A stretch of 64,000 bases of DNA, from IMG/VR virus record IMGVR_UViG_3300026875_000002; one strand, written 5' to 3'. The first letter of the stretch is position 1; each line of letters begins with the position of its first letter. This document shows, piece by piece, positions 38,874-48,335 of the stretch. The position numbers were made by a program, and so were the translations under genes. The notes beneath the pieces were generated by a model that was given only the letters and a program-made list of their open reading frames with translations, was not told the DNA's origin and made no database searches. Origin of the DNA: a virus.

Positions 38874-40243
38874 TGACAATGGATATAAATACAAGAATAG
38901 AACTTTCCAATGAAACTATAAAAAATAATACTGTTCCTGGACAAGCAGGAAAAGTAGGACTTATTGGTGCATTTCCAAGTATCAATCAAGATGTACATGC
39001 ATATACAAATCTTGCAAATTTAAGAGCAGATTATGGTATAGTAGCAAATAGTGGAAGTGAAAAAAACTTTGATGGTGCAGTTGCAGCAAAACGTATCTTC
39101 ATGGATGGTATTGAAGATTATGATGGTGCAAGTAGCATTACTACTGTGAATATCTGTGATGAAAAACTTGATACCAGTAAAATAAGTGTACAAGTAAATG
39201 ATGGTAGTGAATCAACAGAGGATAATGAAAATGGTGCGAATGCAATAGTAAATACTGATAAAGCAACACTCCTCAGTTACAGCAAACTTAGAACTGCCCT
39301 TACTAAACTTGCTGATGAAGATATTGATTTACTATTCATATCAGCAGATATCAATAATGCAATACCAAAAACAGGAGATGTACTATATGATGGTACAAAG
39401 CTTGAAAAAGATGGATCAATCGACAATGTACTAGACCTCATCTTATACTACTTGAACAAAATCTACTCTACCAAAAAACCATGTAACTGGATATATTGGA
39501 TGAACTGTGTAACAGGTGCAACAGAAGGACAGGAAACAGAAGGAATAGGTAGTAAAATAATCAATGTAAAAGAAGCGGTAAGACAAGCAGAATACATTGC
39601 ACAACATGATACAACAAATCTTGCAACAGCAGGATTATACTACCAACCAGGATACATACGAAAAAGTACATATGGTACAAGTCAAACAGTAGGTAGAATG
39701 GAAATAGCAGCACATATGACCGGATTCACTGCTAGTTTACCAGTAACACAATCACTTACTAATCAGACCATCCCTGGAATAACTGGAGTTACAGAAGAAG
39801 CATACTTTGGTGAAAAAGATGCAGGGGGACTCCTCATGAATGCAGGCATACAAGTCATCAAACCAAATGACAGACTTAATGGTACTTACTGTGTAAAAAA
39901 TAGTATTCAACCAAACTTCTTTGATGTTAATCATATAAGAGCAGTAACATACCTTCTTAAACAATACAATCTTATCGATACAATTGGTGAAGAAACCTAT
40001 GATATAAATATTGAAGCACTAAAAGCACAACTTGAAGCAATCAATAAAGATGTGCTTGCAACAGTACCTGTAATCAAAGAAATAACAGTAGGTAATCATA
40101 AAATATTATCCCCATGGAAAATTTACATCCCAATTAACATCAAATTATATGGTACAATAGATGTAATTAAAATTGGAGTTAACATGGAAATAGTAGATGA
40201 ATCGAATGCTACAGAAGTTACAAGTACAATTGTAGTTTCCTAA
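38873..40243 (+). CDS. Tail sheath protein
   Basis: 456 aa; VGLIGAF, SLTNQTIPGI, L..AGIQVI, CV.NS; precedes a 134-aa tube gene. Confidence 0.75.
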   Translation: MTMDINTRIELSNETIKNNTVPGQAGKVGLIGAFPSINQDVHAYTNLANLRADYGIVANSGSEKNFDGAVAAKRIFMDGIEDYDGASSITTVNICDEKLDTSKISVQVNDGSESTEDNENGANAIVNTDKATLLSYSKLRTALTKLADEDIDLLFISADINNAIPKTGDVLYDGTKLEKDGSIDNVLDLILYYLNKIYSTKKPCNWIYWMNCVTGATEGQETEGIGSKIINVKEAVRQAEYIAQHDTTNLATAGLYYQPGYIRKSTYGTSQTVGRMEIAAHMTGFTASLPVTQSLTNQTIPGITGVTEEAYFGEKDAGGLLMNAGIQVIKPNDRLNGTYCVKNSIQPNFFDVNHIRAVTYLLKQYNLIDTIGEETYDINIEALKAQLEAINKDVLATVPVIKEITVGNHKILSPWKIYIPINIKLYGTIDVIKIGVNMEIVDESNATEVTSTIVVS

Positions 40244-40286
40244 AGAAAATATAACATTAAATTACTTTTTTGAGGTGTAAAAGAAT

Positions 40287-40691
40287 ATGGCAACAAAAAC
40301 TCAAACATTATATGATACAACACTATTCATAGATGGTGTTCCAGTAAGTTGGGCTACAGAAGTAGAATTTACTGGAGAATATGAAAGTGAAAAAGAAAAA
40401 ACTCATAGCGGAACAATGACAAAAACAAACACTCAACCTGGATGTAGTATTGATATTACAAAATATACTAAATTCAATGCTACAAGTGAAAATAGTTTAC
40501 TTGATGCTATTGATAAATTAGCAGTTCAAGGTGGAACTGTTACTATGGTTGTACGTGAACCTCAAGCATCTTTTGTAATTAATGCTTATGGTTGTAGGCC
40601 AGATGAAGAAACATACACTAACAATCCTGGTGAATTCCTTGAGATAGGAATTAATCTTGTTGGTGAATCATTTGAAAGGTATTATGTTTAA
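40287..40691 (+). CDS. Tail tube protein (XkdM-like)
   Basis: TLFIDG.......V; 134 aa; directly after the sheath. Confidence 0.72.
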   Translation: MATKTQTLYDTTLFIDGVPVSWATEVEFTGEYESEKEKTHSGTMTKTNTQPGCSIDITKYTKFNATSENSLLDAIDKLAVQGGTVTMVVREPQASFVINAYGCRPDEETYTNNPGEFLEIGINLVGESFERYYV

Positions 40692-40832
40692 ATTAAAATA
40701 GTTTACCTCCCCCCCCCACATTCTCCTCCATATTATAAGACATGTTTTTATATTATTTTAATTCTATTAGCTTATTAACTTATTCTTTAAATGAATTAAA
40801 ATAATTTACTCCATTAAATAAAATAAAAAGAG

Positions 40833-41471
40833 ATGAATACAATGAATAAAGAAGAATACACAGAAAAAATCAAACAAATAGAAAAAGAAGCACCACAAAA
40901 ACCAGAAGTAACATTCAATGAAGCACAACCACAACCAAAAATAAATCCTGAAGCATTTGAAATGAAAAAAGGAGATCCAACAAACAGAGACAAAATCAGA
41001 GACTTAATCAACAAATACGATGATCAAATACCAATACATACAAAAGAAGAAAGAGAACAAGAAAACAAGGATAAATCACTCACAGAATTATCTTTAGAAC
41101 AACAAACAGAAGAAGCATTAGATATAAGTGAATTTCTACAAACACCAGAATACATAAGGATGGGAACTGATGCAAGAACAGCAATTCCAATCAAACTGTA
41201 TGGAAAAACATACAATATTTACATCAGACCACTTTCATCAAACGAATATTACAAACTACAACTAAAACAGATAAATGAGAAAAAAAGTCTCAACTATCTT
41301 GCAGCTGTAAAAGTATGTACTGATGTGAATGGTAATACACTTCCAAGTAAATTCTGGGATACTCTTGGATTTGAACTTGTGGAACGTATTGGGGAAGCAA
41401 TAAGTATAGCTAGTGGTGGAGAACCACAAGAAAAAGTACAAGAAGCGATATCAAAGTTACTCGAAGATTAG
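40833..41471 (+). CDS. Tail assembly chaperone
   Basis: IYIRPLSSNEY motif; lies between tube and tape measure. Confidence 0.6.
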   Translation: MNTMNKEEYTEKIKQIEKEAPQKPEVTFNEAQPQPKINPEAFEMKKGDPTNRDKIRDLINKYDDQIPIHTKEEREQENKDKSLTELSLEQQTEEALDISEFLQTPEYIRMGTDARTAIPIKLYGKTYNIYIRPLSSNEYYKLQLKQINEKKSLNYLAAVKVCTDVNGNTLPSKFWDTLGFELVERIGEAISIASGGEPQEKVQEAISKLLED

Positions 41472-41473
41472 AT

Positions 41474-41662
41474 TTGAATAAACGTGGAAATTTATCCTAT
41501 CTTACTCAATTGTATTGGAGTAGTGGGTATGATCCACGTATTGTTTTTTTTAATTATCCTGAACTTACTTTTTTCCAAGAGTATCTATTGAATATCATGT
41601 TTATTAAGATTGTTGAATATAAAAATAAAGAACTTGAAGGCGTATTTCCAACGCTTAACTAA
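41474..41662 (+). CDS. Second tail-chaperone ORF (gpT-like, -1 frame)
   Basis: YPELTFFQEYLL; frame is open from 41414. Confidence 0.55.
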   Translation: MNKRGNLSYLTQLYWSSGYDPRIVFFNYPELTFFQEYLLNIMFIKIVEYKNKELEGVFPTLN

Positions 41663-41674
41663 TTTTGACCTATT

Positions 41675-42523
41675 ATGTCTAATGAAATCTATGATAAATT
41701 TACTAAATCATTATCTAATTTTATCCAAACAAATCAGGAACTTAATCCACCGATTATTCTTGGTTATATTACCGCTGTAAGTGGTAATCGTAAATTTGCA
41801 GATGTACAGATAACCGCAGGTAGTGCTACTGGTGTTCTTTCAAGTGTACCATGTAAAGGTTTTCCTGTTGTTGGAGATACAGTTACTGTACTGTTTATTG
41901 GCAATAATTATGAACAAGCTATATGTGATTGTCCTCGTAGTCTTCCTATTCCTGAGGGGGATTTACGTGAGTATTATAGTGGGCAATGTTATAATTACTT
42001 GGATAATGGTAATTTTGCAAATAAGAGTAAAAGATTTACAGGGGATTTTGAAATATATGAGGGGGAATCATTTACAGAGGATAATGAATATTCTTGTTTA
42101 TTATCTGAATGTGATAAAAATCTTATTTTTACTGTTGATATAAGTGATTGTACCTCTGATTACTTTAAATTCCAGATGAATTATAAGGGTCTTGGCCAGT
42201 TAAATATCGTCTGTAAAGACACTGATTCAAATAAACTAATCCCCACACTGCCAGTTAATATGAGTCACACAAGTAAAACATGGATTGGTACAAATAGATG
42301 GGTGTGGAATTATAATAAAGAGGTATACCCACGGAAGTCTGAGGGGACAATACATAAACACATACAATTTACAATAACCAATACAAGTAAAAAAGTTACA
42401 GATACCAGTATTAATAATGAGAATAGATATGTTGCAATGCTCCTTGATTGTCTTCTTGTATATGATGAAAATGGTGATGAAAAGTATTATAACTCACTAA
42501 GAGATGTGGAGGATAGAATATGA
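41675..42523 (+). CDS. Baseplate spike-like (gpV OB-fold) protein with C-terminal beta-sandwich
   Basis: GYITAV....ADVQ......VPC...PVVGDTVTVLF.GN. Confidence 0.55.
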   Translation: MSNEIYDKFTKSLSNFIQTNQELNPPIILGYITAVSGNRKFADVQITAGSATGVLSSVPCKGFPVVGDTVTVLFIGNNYEQAICDCPRSLPIPEGDLREYYSGQCYNYLDNGNFANKSKRFTGDFEIYEGESFTEDNEYSCLLSECDKNLIFTVDISDCTSDYFKFQMNYKGLGQLNIVCKDTDSNKLIPTLPVNMSHTSKTWIGTNRWVWNYNKEVYPRKSEGTIHKHIQFTITNTSKKVTDTSINNENRYVAMLLDCLLVYDENGDEKYYNSLRDVEDRI

Positions 42524-45500
42524 GTGGTCAAAATTACAAGTTCACAATAGATATTGATGCAGAAGTCAATGAAAAACCATTACAAAAAGCAGTAGTATTA
42601 CTCAAAGAAATAATGACACTCGGTGATGGAGTAAAAGACAAACTCAAAGGACTTGACACAAAAATCAATATAAACACTACAAACGCAACAAAAAACGTTG
42701 ATGACATAATAAATAGTGCGGGTAATGCTCAACAAGCAGTAAAAGGACTGGATGGTCAGGACGTAACACTTGACACAAAAGGTGCTGTAACAGGTCTGCA
42801 AAATGTTGAACATGAAGCAGGTAACGCTCAACAAGCAGTGAACAGTTTCGATGGTGCCAGTCTTGAGGGTCTTGCGACTAGTGTGAATAATGCTGCGAAA
42901 AGTTTTGACACCTTAGCAAGTAAAGCTGAAAATGCTTACAAAAGTACAAGTAAAGTATCACAAAAAAGTGGAAAAAGTAGTGGTGGTTTTGGCAGTTCCC
43001 TTTCTAGTGCAGCCAGTGGGCTTGGTGGTAGTGGAATACTATCTTACCTGGGTCTTGGTACTGCATATGATGCGACTGTGGGCAATGCAATGACCAAGGA
43101 GATTAACCGGGTCACAAGTAGTCAACGTGGTTATCAGATTGATGGTGCTGGAGGTCTTGATGAGATTACTAATAAGAGTCTTGTGAAGATGAATAATCTT
43201 ATTCCTGCAATGAATGCTAACCAATCAGCACTTAATGTGAATATGATGCAATATGCTGATACAATAGCTAATGTGGGAAGTAAAGTAAAAGCACTTGGAT
43301 ACAGTGAAGCTGAAAGTACCAATGCCATGTATGACTTGGCGAAAGGACTTAACGGTGCATTCGCCAGTCTGGACCAATACGGTATAAGCGAACAGGCCCT
43401 GATGAACACAGGCCTATGGTCGGGAAAAGCAGATGATGTTGAGGGATACTTCAAAGCAGTTGACGCTGTAGTAGGAGACACCTCCGCCTATATGGATACT
43501 CTGAGTGGTGATGTCACAACACTTGGAAAAGTATTCAGTAGTGCAGGGGGACAAATAGGACAAGAATTCAATCCTTTCCTCAGAAAAGCAGTGCAAGGAG
43601 TTACAGACTTACTCAGCAGTACTGATGCAGAAGGGAACAAGTCACCTAACGCGCTTGGGAAAGGATTAATGGGTGCGTTCATGGTATTTAGTGCTGTTCA
43701 ACCTGTCGTGGACGGACTGAATACTGTGAAAAGTACTTTTGACACGATTAAGGATGCTGCTACGGGTGCCGCGGGGGGTGTGAAAAAAATAATCCAAGGC
43801 GCCCAAGACTTGAAGGAAAGTATATCCGAGAAAGGATTAAAAGGTACAATCCTTGATAAGATAAAAGGTAACGATAAAGGAATGGATAGTCCCTGCGAGG
43901 ATAATGACACTTGTATCAAGAATGCTCAGAAAATTGGGAAAGAAAAAAAGAAGAATAATAATCTTGATAAAAAGTCTAAAAAGACTAAAAATAAGAAAGA
44001 AAAAAGTCTGAAAGATAGAATCAAAGATAAATTCTCACGAAATAAGGAAGATAAAGGGCTTGACTCTGAACCAAGCACACATACACGAAAAGACAGAAAG
44101 CAAAGAGAAGCAGAGAAAGGAGTTCCAGGCTCACCAAAACGAAGGAAATACAATAGAGAACATGGAATTATCGAAGCAGGCCCAGGGCGTGGGGGTGATT
44201 CGAACAGGTATGGTGCGGGGTATACTCCACGCGACCGTGCATTGGGTCGTTCCCCACAAAAACCTCGAAAACCTCGAAAACCTCGAAAACCAAAACCAAA
44301 ATCAAAACCTGAGTCAACTGGGATGGACTGGAATGATAACTGGCTAAACAAATACCAGAATAACAGTACCTCAGGCACATTCACAGGAGGAGGAGTATTC
44401 AACGCAGGGGGTGCTGGGGGCAGTACCTCATCTACTAGGAAAACTGGGAAATCTCTTGATAAAAAATACAATAAAAGCGCTAAAAAGAAGATTAAGACAA
44501 GTCTTGGGGACTGCCCATCTGAATGCCCTCTTGGAAACCTAGGTAAAAGCAAAGGTAAAGGTAAAGGAAAAAGTAAACCTACAAAAACGGGTAAATCAAC
44601 AAGATTATCCACATCGTTAGACCCAGGATTAGGAGGTATCTCTTCAACAAAAGGGAAAACAAAAACCCCCTCACGGGATGTCAGCAAAAGTTTAAATCCA
44701 AAAGCTACAAGTAAAACAGGAGCTAATGCAGGAAAAGGAATACTCAGCAAAATGGGAAGTACCTTCAAATCAAGCGGTGCTAGTGTATTCAGTAAACTTG
44801 GGGGAGGAAAACTAGGTAAAATTGGTGGAACTATTGGAAAAACACTTGCTGGTGGAGCAGGGGGAGGTATTCTTGGAGGACTTGGAAAAGTATTTAGTAA
44901 AGGAGCCGGGGGTATACTTGGTAAGGGAATAAGTGGTGCTGTTGCAAAAGTTGGAGCAAAACTAGGAGGAAAGTTACTAGTTGGGGGACTTGTAAGTTGT
45001 ATTCCTATTATTGGTCAAGTTGTTGATGCATTTCTTCTTCTCACAACAGTATTAGATCTTCTTGGTATTGATTGGTGGACTCCACTCATGGGGGGACTTC
45101 AATCTATTGCTTCAACAGTATCTGGTGTTCTGGGTCCTGCATTTGAATGGATTATGGGAGCTGCTGGTAATACTGTTCAATGGTTATCTGATGGTTTCCA
45201 ACAAATATTACCAACACTTCAACAAGTTGGTTCTATGATTATGGGAGGATTAGGTCAGGCTTTCCAATTCCTTTCAAGTGTTGCTCAACAAGTATGGCCT
45301 ACTATTAAAGCTGGTGCTGAAGCAGTTGGTCCAGTACTTCAGAAAATTGCTGAGATTGCTAGTGGTGTTCTTGGTCAAGCTTTCCAAACACTTTGTGATG
45401 TAGCCGGTCGTGTATGGGATGCATTTAGTAAACTTGCTAGTGGAGATATATGGGGTGCTGTAACAAGTGCTATTGATACTATCAAAGCAGGTCTTGAAAA

Positions 45501-47220
45501 AGTATCGGAAATTATTCAACCTATCATTGATGGATTGAAAGGTATTGGTGAATTTGTAAGTAGTCATCTTCCTGGAGGTGGTGGTGAACAACAACCTGCA
45601 ACTACAGAGGGTACACAAGCAACACCACAAGGAGGTATGGATACAAGTGCTATTACTGGTGTTCTCACTCAACTACAAAGTGCAGGTAGTCAAATACAAC
45701 AAATTATGCAAGGAGTACTAAGTACTGCTGTGTCTACACTTCAAACTATTGTGGGTACAATTACATCTGCAATTACAACAATTATCACAACTATTGGTAC
45801 AACAATTACTAGTATTATTTCAACTATTGCTGCTAGTATTATGAGTATTATCACAACAATAGGTACTATTATAACTGGGATTATTACTACAATTACGGCT
45901 AGTATTCAAGCAATTGGTACAACAATTACTAGTATCATCATGACTATTACTGCAAGTATTCAGGCTATTGGTGCTACTATTAATGGTGTGATTAGTGGTA
46001 TTGGTGGTGCTATTAGTGGAATTGTTTCTACAATTGGTGCGACTATTATGGGTATTGTTACCAGTATAACATCTAGTATCCAATCTATTGGTAGTACTAT
46101 TATTGCAGTGATTGGATCTATCACAAGTAGTGTTACAAGTATTGGAAATACAATCCAAAGTACTGTTACAAGTATTAGTAGTAGTATTAGTAGTATGGCG
46201 GGTACTCTTCCAGGTATGGTTGCTACACTTACTGGGGGTTTTACTACTCTTGCTGCGACTATGGGTGGAGCTCTTCTTGGGGCTATAGTTACACTTCAAG
46301 GAACATTCACATCTGCATTACAAGCAGTTAATGATAAAATTACAACAACAAATAGTTCTTTATCCACCATGCAAGGTACAATTACTACTATTGCTAGTAT
46401 GAGTACTATGATGGCTAACTCATTTGTCACTATGAGTACTGCAGTAGTTGCTGTTAATGCAGGTCTTGCTGCTATTGTTGGTAGTGTGGGTGCTGTTCAA
46501 GGAGCTTTCCAAGGACTTGCAAGTGTGGTTACAGCTGCATTTGCACAAATTGCAGCAGCTGTTAATGCATCACTTACTCAGGCTATTGCAAGTTTACATG
46601 CTTTTTCAAATCAGGCAATTAATATCATGAGAACCACAGCGACAGGTATGGTAAACGCCTTTAAGAGTGGATTCAATGGGATTGCAGCTGCGGTGAACGC
46701 TGAAATGCAGAGTGCCTATGAAGCTCTCAGTTCCTGGGGAGATAAAATGATTGCTAAAGCAGAAGAAGTAGGGTCAGCAGTACAACAAGCATATAACCAT
46801 GAAGGTCTGGGTAGAAACTCACCTGGACTCATCTATAAAGGAATGTACGCTGAGATGAAAAGTGCTTACGGGGCACTGAACGATGCAGAATACCCTATGG
46901 TGAAACAAGCAAATCAACTAGGTTCCGCAGTAGCTGACACATTTAACGGTAATGTTGTACCAAATACGTTTGGTAATATTACACGTATTCCTGCTAATAT
47001 TTCACTTCCAACCATACAAAACACGCCACAAAATAGAAATGCTGTACAAAACAATGAAAAATCACGAACAAACGACACAATAATAAATAACACATTTAAC
47101 ATAGAAGGAACATTTGAAGATGAAGACAACATGAACAGACTTGTACAAAAAATAGTTGACGCGATGGACTTTGAAAACACAAGAGCAGGAAGAAAAGTAG
47201 GAACAATATATCAATCATAG
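42520..47220 (+). CDS. Tape measure protein
   Basis: 1566 aa, helical A/G/T/I-rich repeats, LDQYGI core, terminal NNTFNI motif. Confidence 0.9.
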   Translation: MSGQNYKFTIDIDAEVNEKPLQKAVVLLKEIMTLGDGVKDKLKGLDTKININTTNATKNVDDIINSAGNAQQAVKGLDGQDVTLDTKGAVTGLQNVEHEAGNAQQAVNSFDGASLEGLATSVNNAAKSFDTLASKAENAYKSTSKVSQKSGKSSGGFGSSLSSAASGLGGSGILSYLGLGTAYDATVGNAMTKEINRVTSSQRGYQIDGAGGLDEITNKSLVKMNNLIPAMNANQSALNVNMMQYADTIANVGSKVKALGYSEAESTNAMYDLAKGLNGAFASLDQYGISEQALMNTGLWSGKADDVEGYFKAVDAVVGDTSAYMDTLSGDVTTLGKVFSSAGGQIGQEFNPFLRKAVQGVTDLLSSTDAEGNKSPNALGKGLMGAFMVFSAVQPVVDGLNTVKSTFDTIKDAATGAAGGVKKIIQGAQDLKESISEKGLKGTILDKIKGNDKGMDSPCEDNDTCIKNAQKIGKEKKKNNNLDKKSKKTKNKKEKSLKDRIKDKFSRNKEDKGLDSEPSTHTRKDRKQREAEKGVPGSPKRRKYNREHGIIEAGPGRGGDSNRYGAGYTPRDRALGRSPQKPRKPRKPRKPKPKSKPESTGMDWNDNWLNKYQNNSTSGTFTGGGVFNAGGAGGSTSSTRKTGKSLDKKYNKSAKKKIKTSLGDCPSECPLGNLGKSKGKGKGKSKPTKTGKSTRLSTSLDPGLGGISSTKGKTKTPSRDVSKSLNPKATSKTGANAGKGILSKMGSTFKSSGASVFSKLGGGKLGKIGGTIGKTLAGGAGGGILGGLGKVFSKGAGGILGKGISGAVAKVGAKLGGKLLVGGLVSCIPIIGQVVDAFLLLTTVLDLLGIDWWTPLMGGLQSIASTVSGVLGPAFEWIMGAAGNTVQWLSDGFQQILPTLQQVGSMIMGGLGQAFQFLSSVAQQVWPTIKAGAEAVGPVLQKIAEIASGVLGQAFQTLCDVAGRVWDAFSKLASGDIWGAVTSAIDTIKAGLEKVSEIIQPIIDGLKGIGEFVSSHLPGGGGEQQPATTEGTQATPQGGMDTSAITGVLTQLQSAGSQIQQIMQGVLSTAVSTLQTIVGTITSAITTIITTIGTTITSIISTIAASIMSIITTIGTIITGIITTITASIQAIGTTITSIIMTITASIQAIGATINGVISGIGGAISGIVSTIGATIMGIVTSITSSIQSIGSTIIAVIGSITSSVTSIGNTIQSTVTSISSSISSMAGTLPGMVATLTGGFTTLAATMGGALLGAIVTLQGTFTSALQAVNDKITTTNSSLSTMQGTITTIASMSTMMANSFVTMSTAVVAVNAGLAAIVGSVGAVQGAFQGLASVVTAAFAQIAAAVNASLTQAIASLHAFSNQAINIMRTTATGMVNAFKSGFNGIAAAVNAEMQSAYEALSSWGDKMIAKAEEVGSAVQQAYNHEGLGRNSPGLIYKGMYAEMKSAYGALNDAEYPMVKQANQLGSAVADTFNGNVVPNTFGNITRIPANISLPTIQNTPQNRNAVQNNEKSRTNDTIINNTFNIEGTFEDEDNMNRLVQKIVDAMDFENTRAGRKVGTIYQS

Positions 47221-47231
47221 AGGAATGACAT

Positions 47232-48074
47232 ATGGCAAAACAAAAAACAAAGATAATTCCAATAAACATTTATTTTAAAATAAATGGACACCCCTTCAGA
47301 ATAGGACTTGATGCAAAAACAACAAGTGATCTTAATATAAAACAAAATAAAATGTTTGTAGCAAAAGAATCATGGGGATACACTGACTTGCAATGGTCCA
47401 ACTTCACTGGTGAAGAATTACAACTTGACATATACACAAGAATCAGTGAATCCTACACTGGAGATCCAGTACAACCAAGTTGGGGTGGAGTAAAAAGTTT
47501 TTATAATACAACAAGAACACCTCACTCTGTCCTCAAATACTGGGCTCAGGAAGGATGTCCATGCAATGTTCTTACAAACCTACAAAGCTATGAAAGTGGA
47601 GTATATATGATAACAGAGTTTTCTCAATCCAGTCCAACATATGATATTGTTCATACAGAGTTAACACTACGACAATATGAGAAACCAGAAAATATAACTC
47701 AAACGTACTGGAAACCAGTGGAACCAGGAAAAACAGTTATAAACAATAAAACAGCAAAACTCAGTGGAACAGCACTTGAAATAAGTAAACTTGAATTTTG
47801 TGAACAAAAATGTAACTGTACAGAAAAAAGTAATCCCCAAGAATGTACAGCAGCTGCAAGTACAAATGTAGCTACGATTCAGAAATATCTTCGATTATTT
47901 GGTTATCTTCCCATCTATTCTCGTACTATTGGCCGTATTGAAATCAGTGGTCGTTTTTGTTATCATACAACTCAGGCAATTAAACAGTTACAACAGGATT
48001 ATGGTTTAACTGTTAATGGTAAATTTAATAAAGAAGTAAAGGATGTTTTCAGTAAACTAAGTGGAAGTGTATAA
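47232..48074 (+). CDS. Tail tube initiator-like protein with C-terminal PG_binding_1-like domain
   Basis: Follows TMP; VATIQKYL...GY...G.F...TTQAIKQLQQDYGL.V.G. Confidence 0.6.
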   Translation: MAKQKTKIIPINIYFKINGHPFRIGLDAKTTSDLNIKQNKMFVAKESWGYTDLQWSNFTGEELQLDIYTRISESYTGDPVQPSWGGVKSFYNTTRTPHSVLKYWAQEGCPCNVLTNLQSYESGVYMITEFSQSSPTYDIVHTELTLRQYEKPENITQTYWKPVEPGKTVINNKTAKLSGTALEISKLEFCEQKCNCTEKSNPQECTAAASTNVATIQKYLRLFGYLPIYSRTIGRIEISGRFCYHTTQAIKQLQQDYGLTVNGKFNKEVKDVFSKLSGSV

Positions 48075-48322
48075 TGATGGCAAAGGATAAAAATAAAAAA
48101 AAGGATAAGGATAAAGTAAAAAATTATAGTAATAAATATAATCCATATTGGGATTTTAAAAAAGATGATAAAAAAGAAGAATCACCAGATATCCCAGAGT
48201 ATCATATTTATATAAGTCATCAGAAACTTGGTACAGAAACAGCAGCAGTACCATATGAAGACCAAGGAAAAGATGACACGAAAAAGAGTAGTTCTTCAGA
48301 TAATAGTAAAACAAGCACATAA
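48074..48322 (+). CDS. Small charged hypothetical protein
   Basis: 82-aa coupled ORF. Confidence 0.45.
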   Translation: MMAKDKNKKKDKDKVKNYSNKYNPYWDFKKDDKKEESPDIPEYHIYISHQKLGTETAAVPYEDQGKDDTKKSSSSDNSKTST

Positions 48323-48335
48323 GAGTTGATTCATA

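Noticed and set aside
40238-40243. TCC-TAA at the sheath stop as a +1 frameshift site
   Set aside because: Not the established CCC-TAA motif, and the +1 frame gives only a short featureless peptide.
43926-44768. 280-aa minus-strand ORF and other antisense ORFs in the track
   Set aside because: Shadows of biased plus-strand coding sequence, with low-complexity translations; cdc6 is the only credible minus-strand gene.
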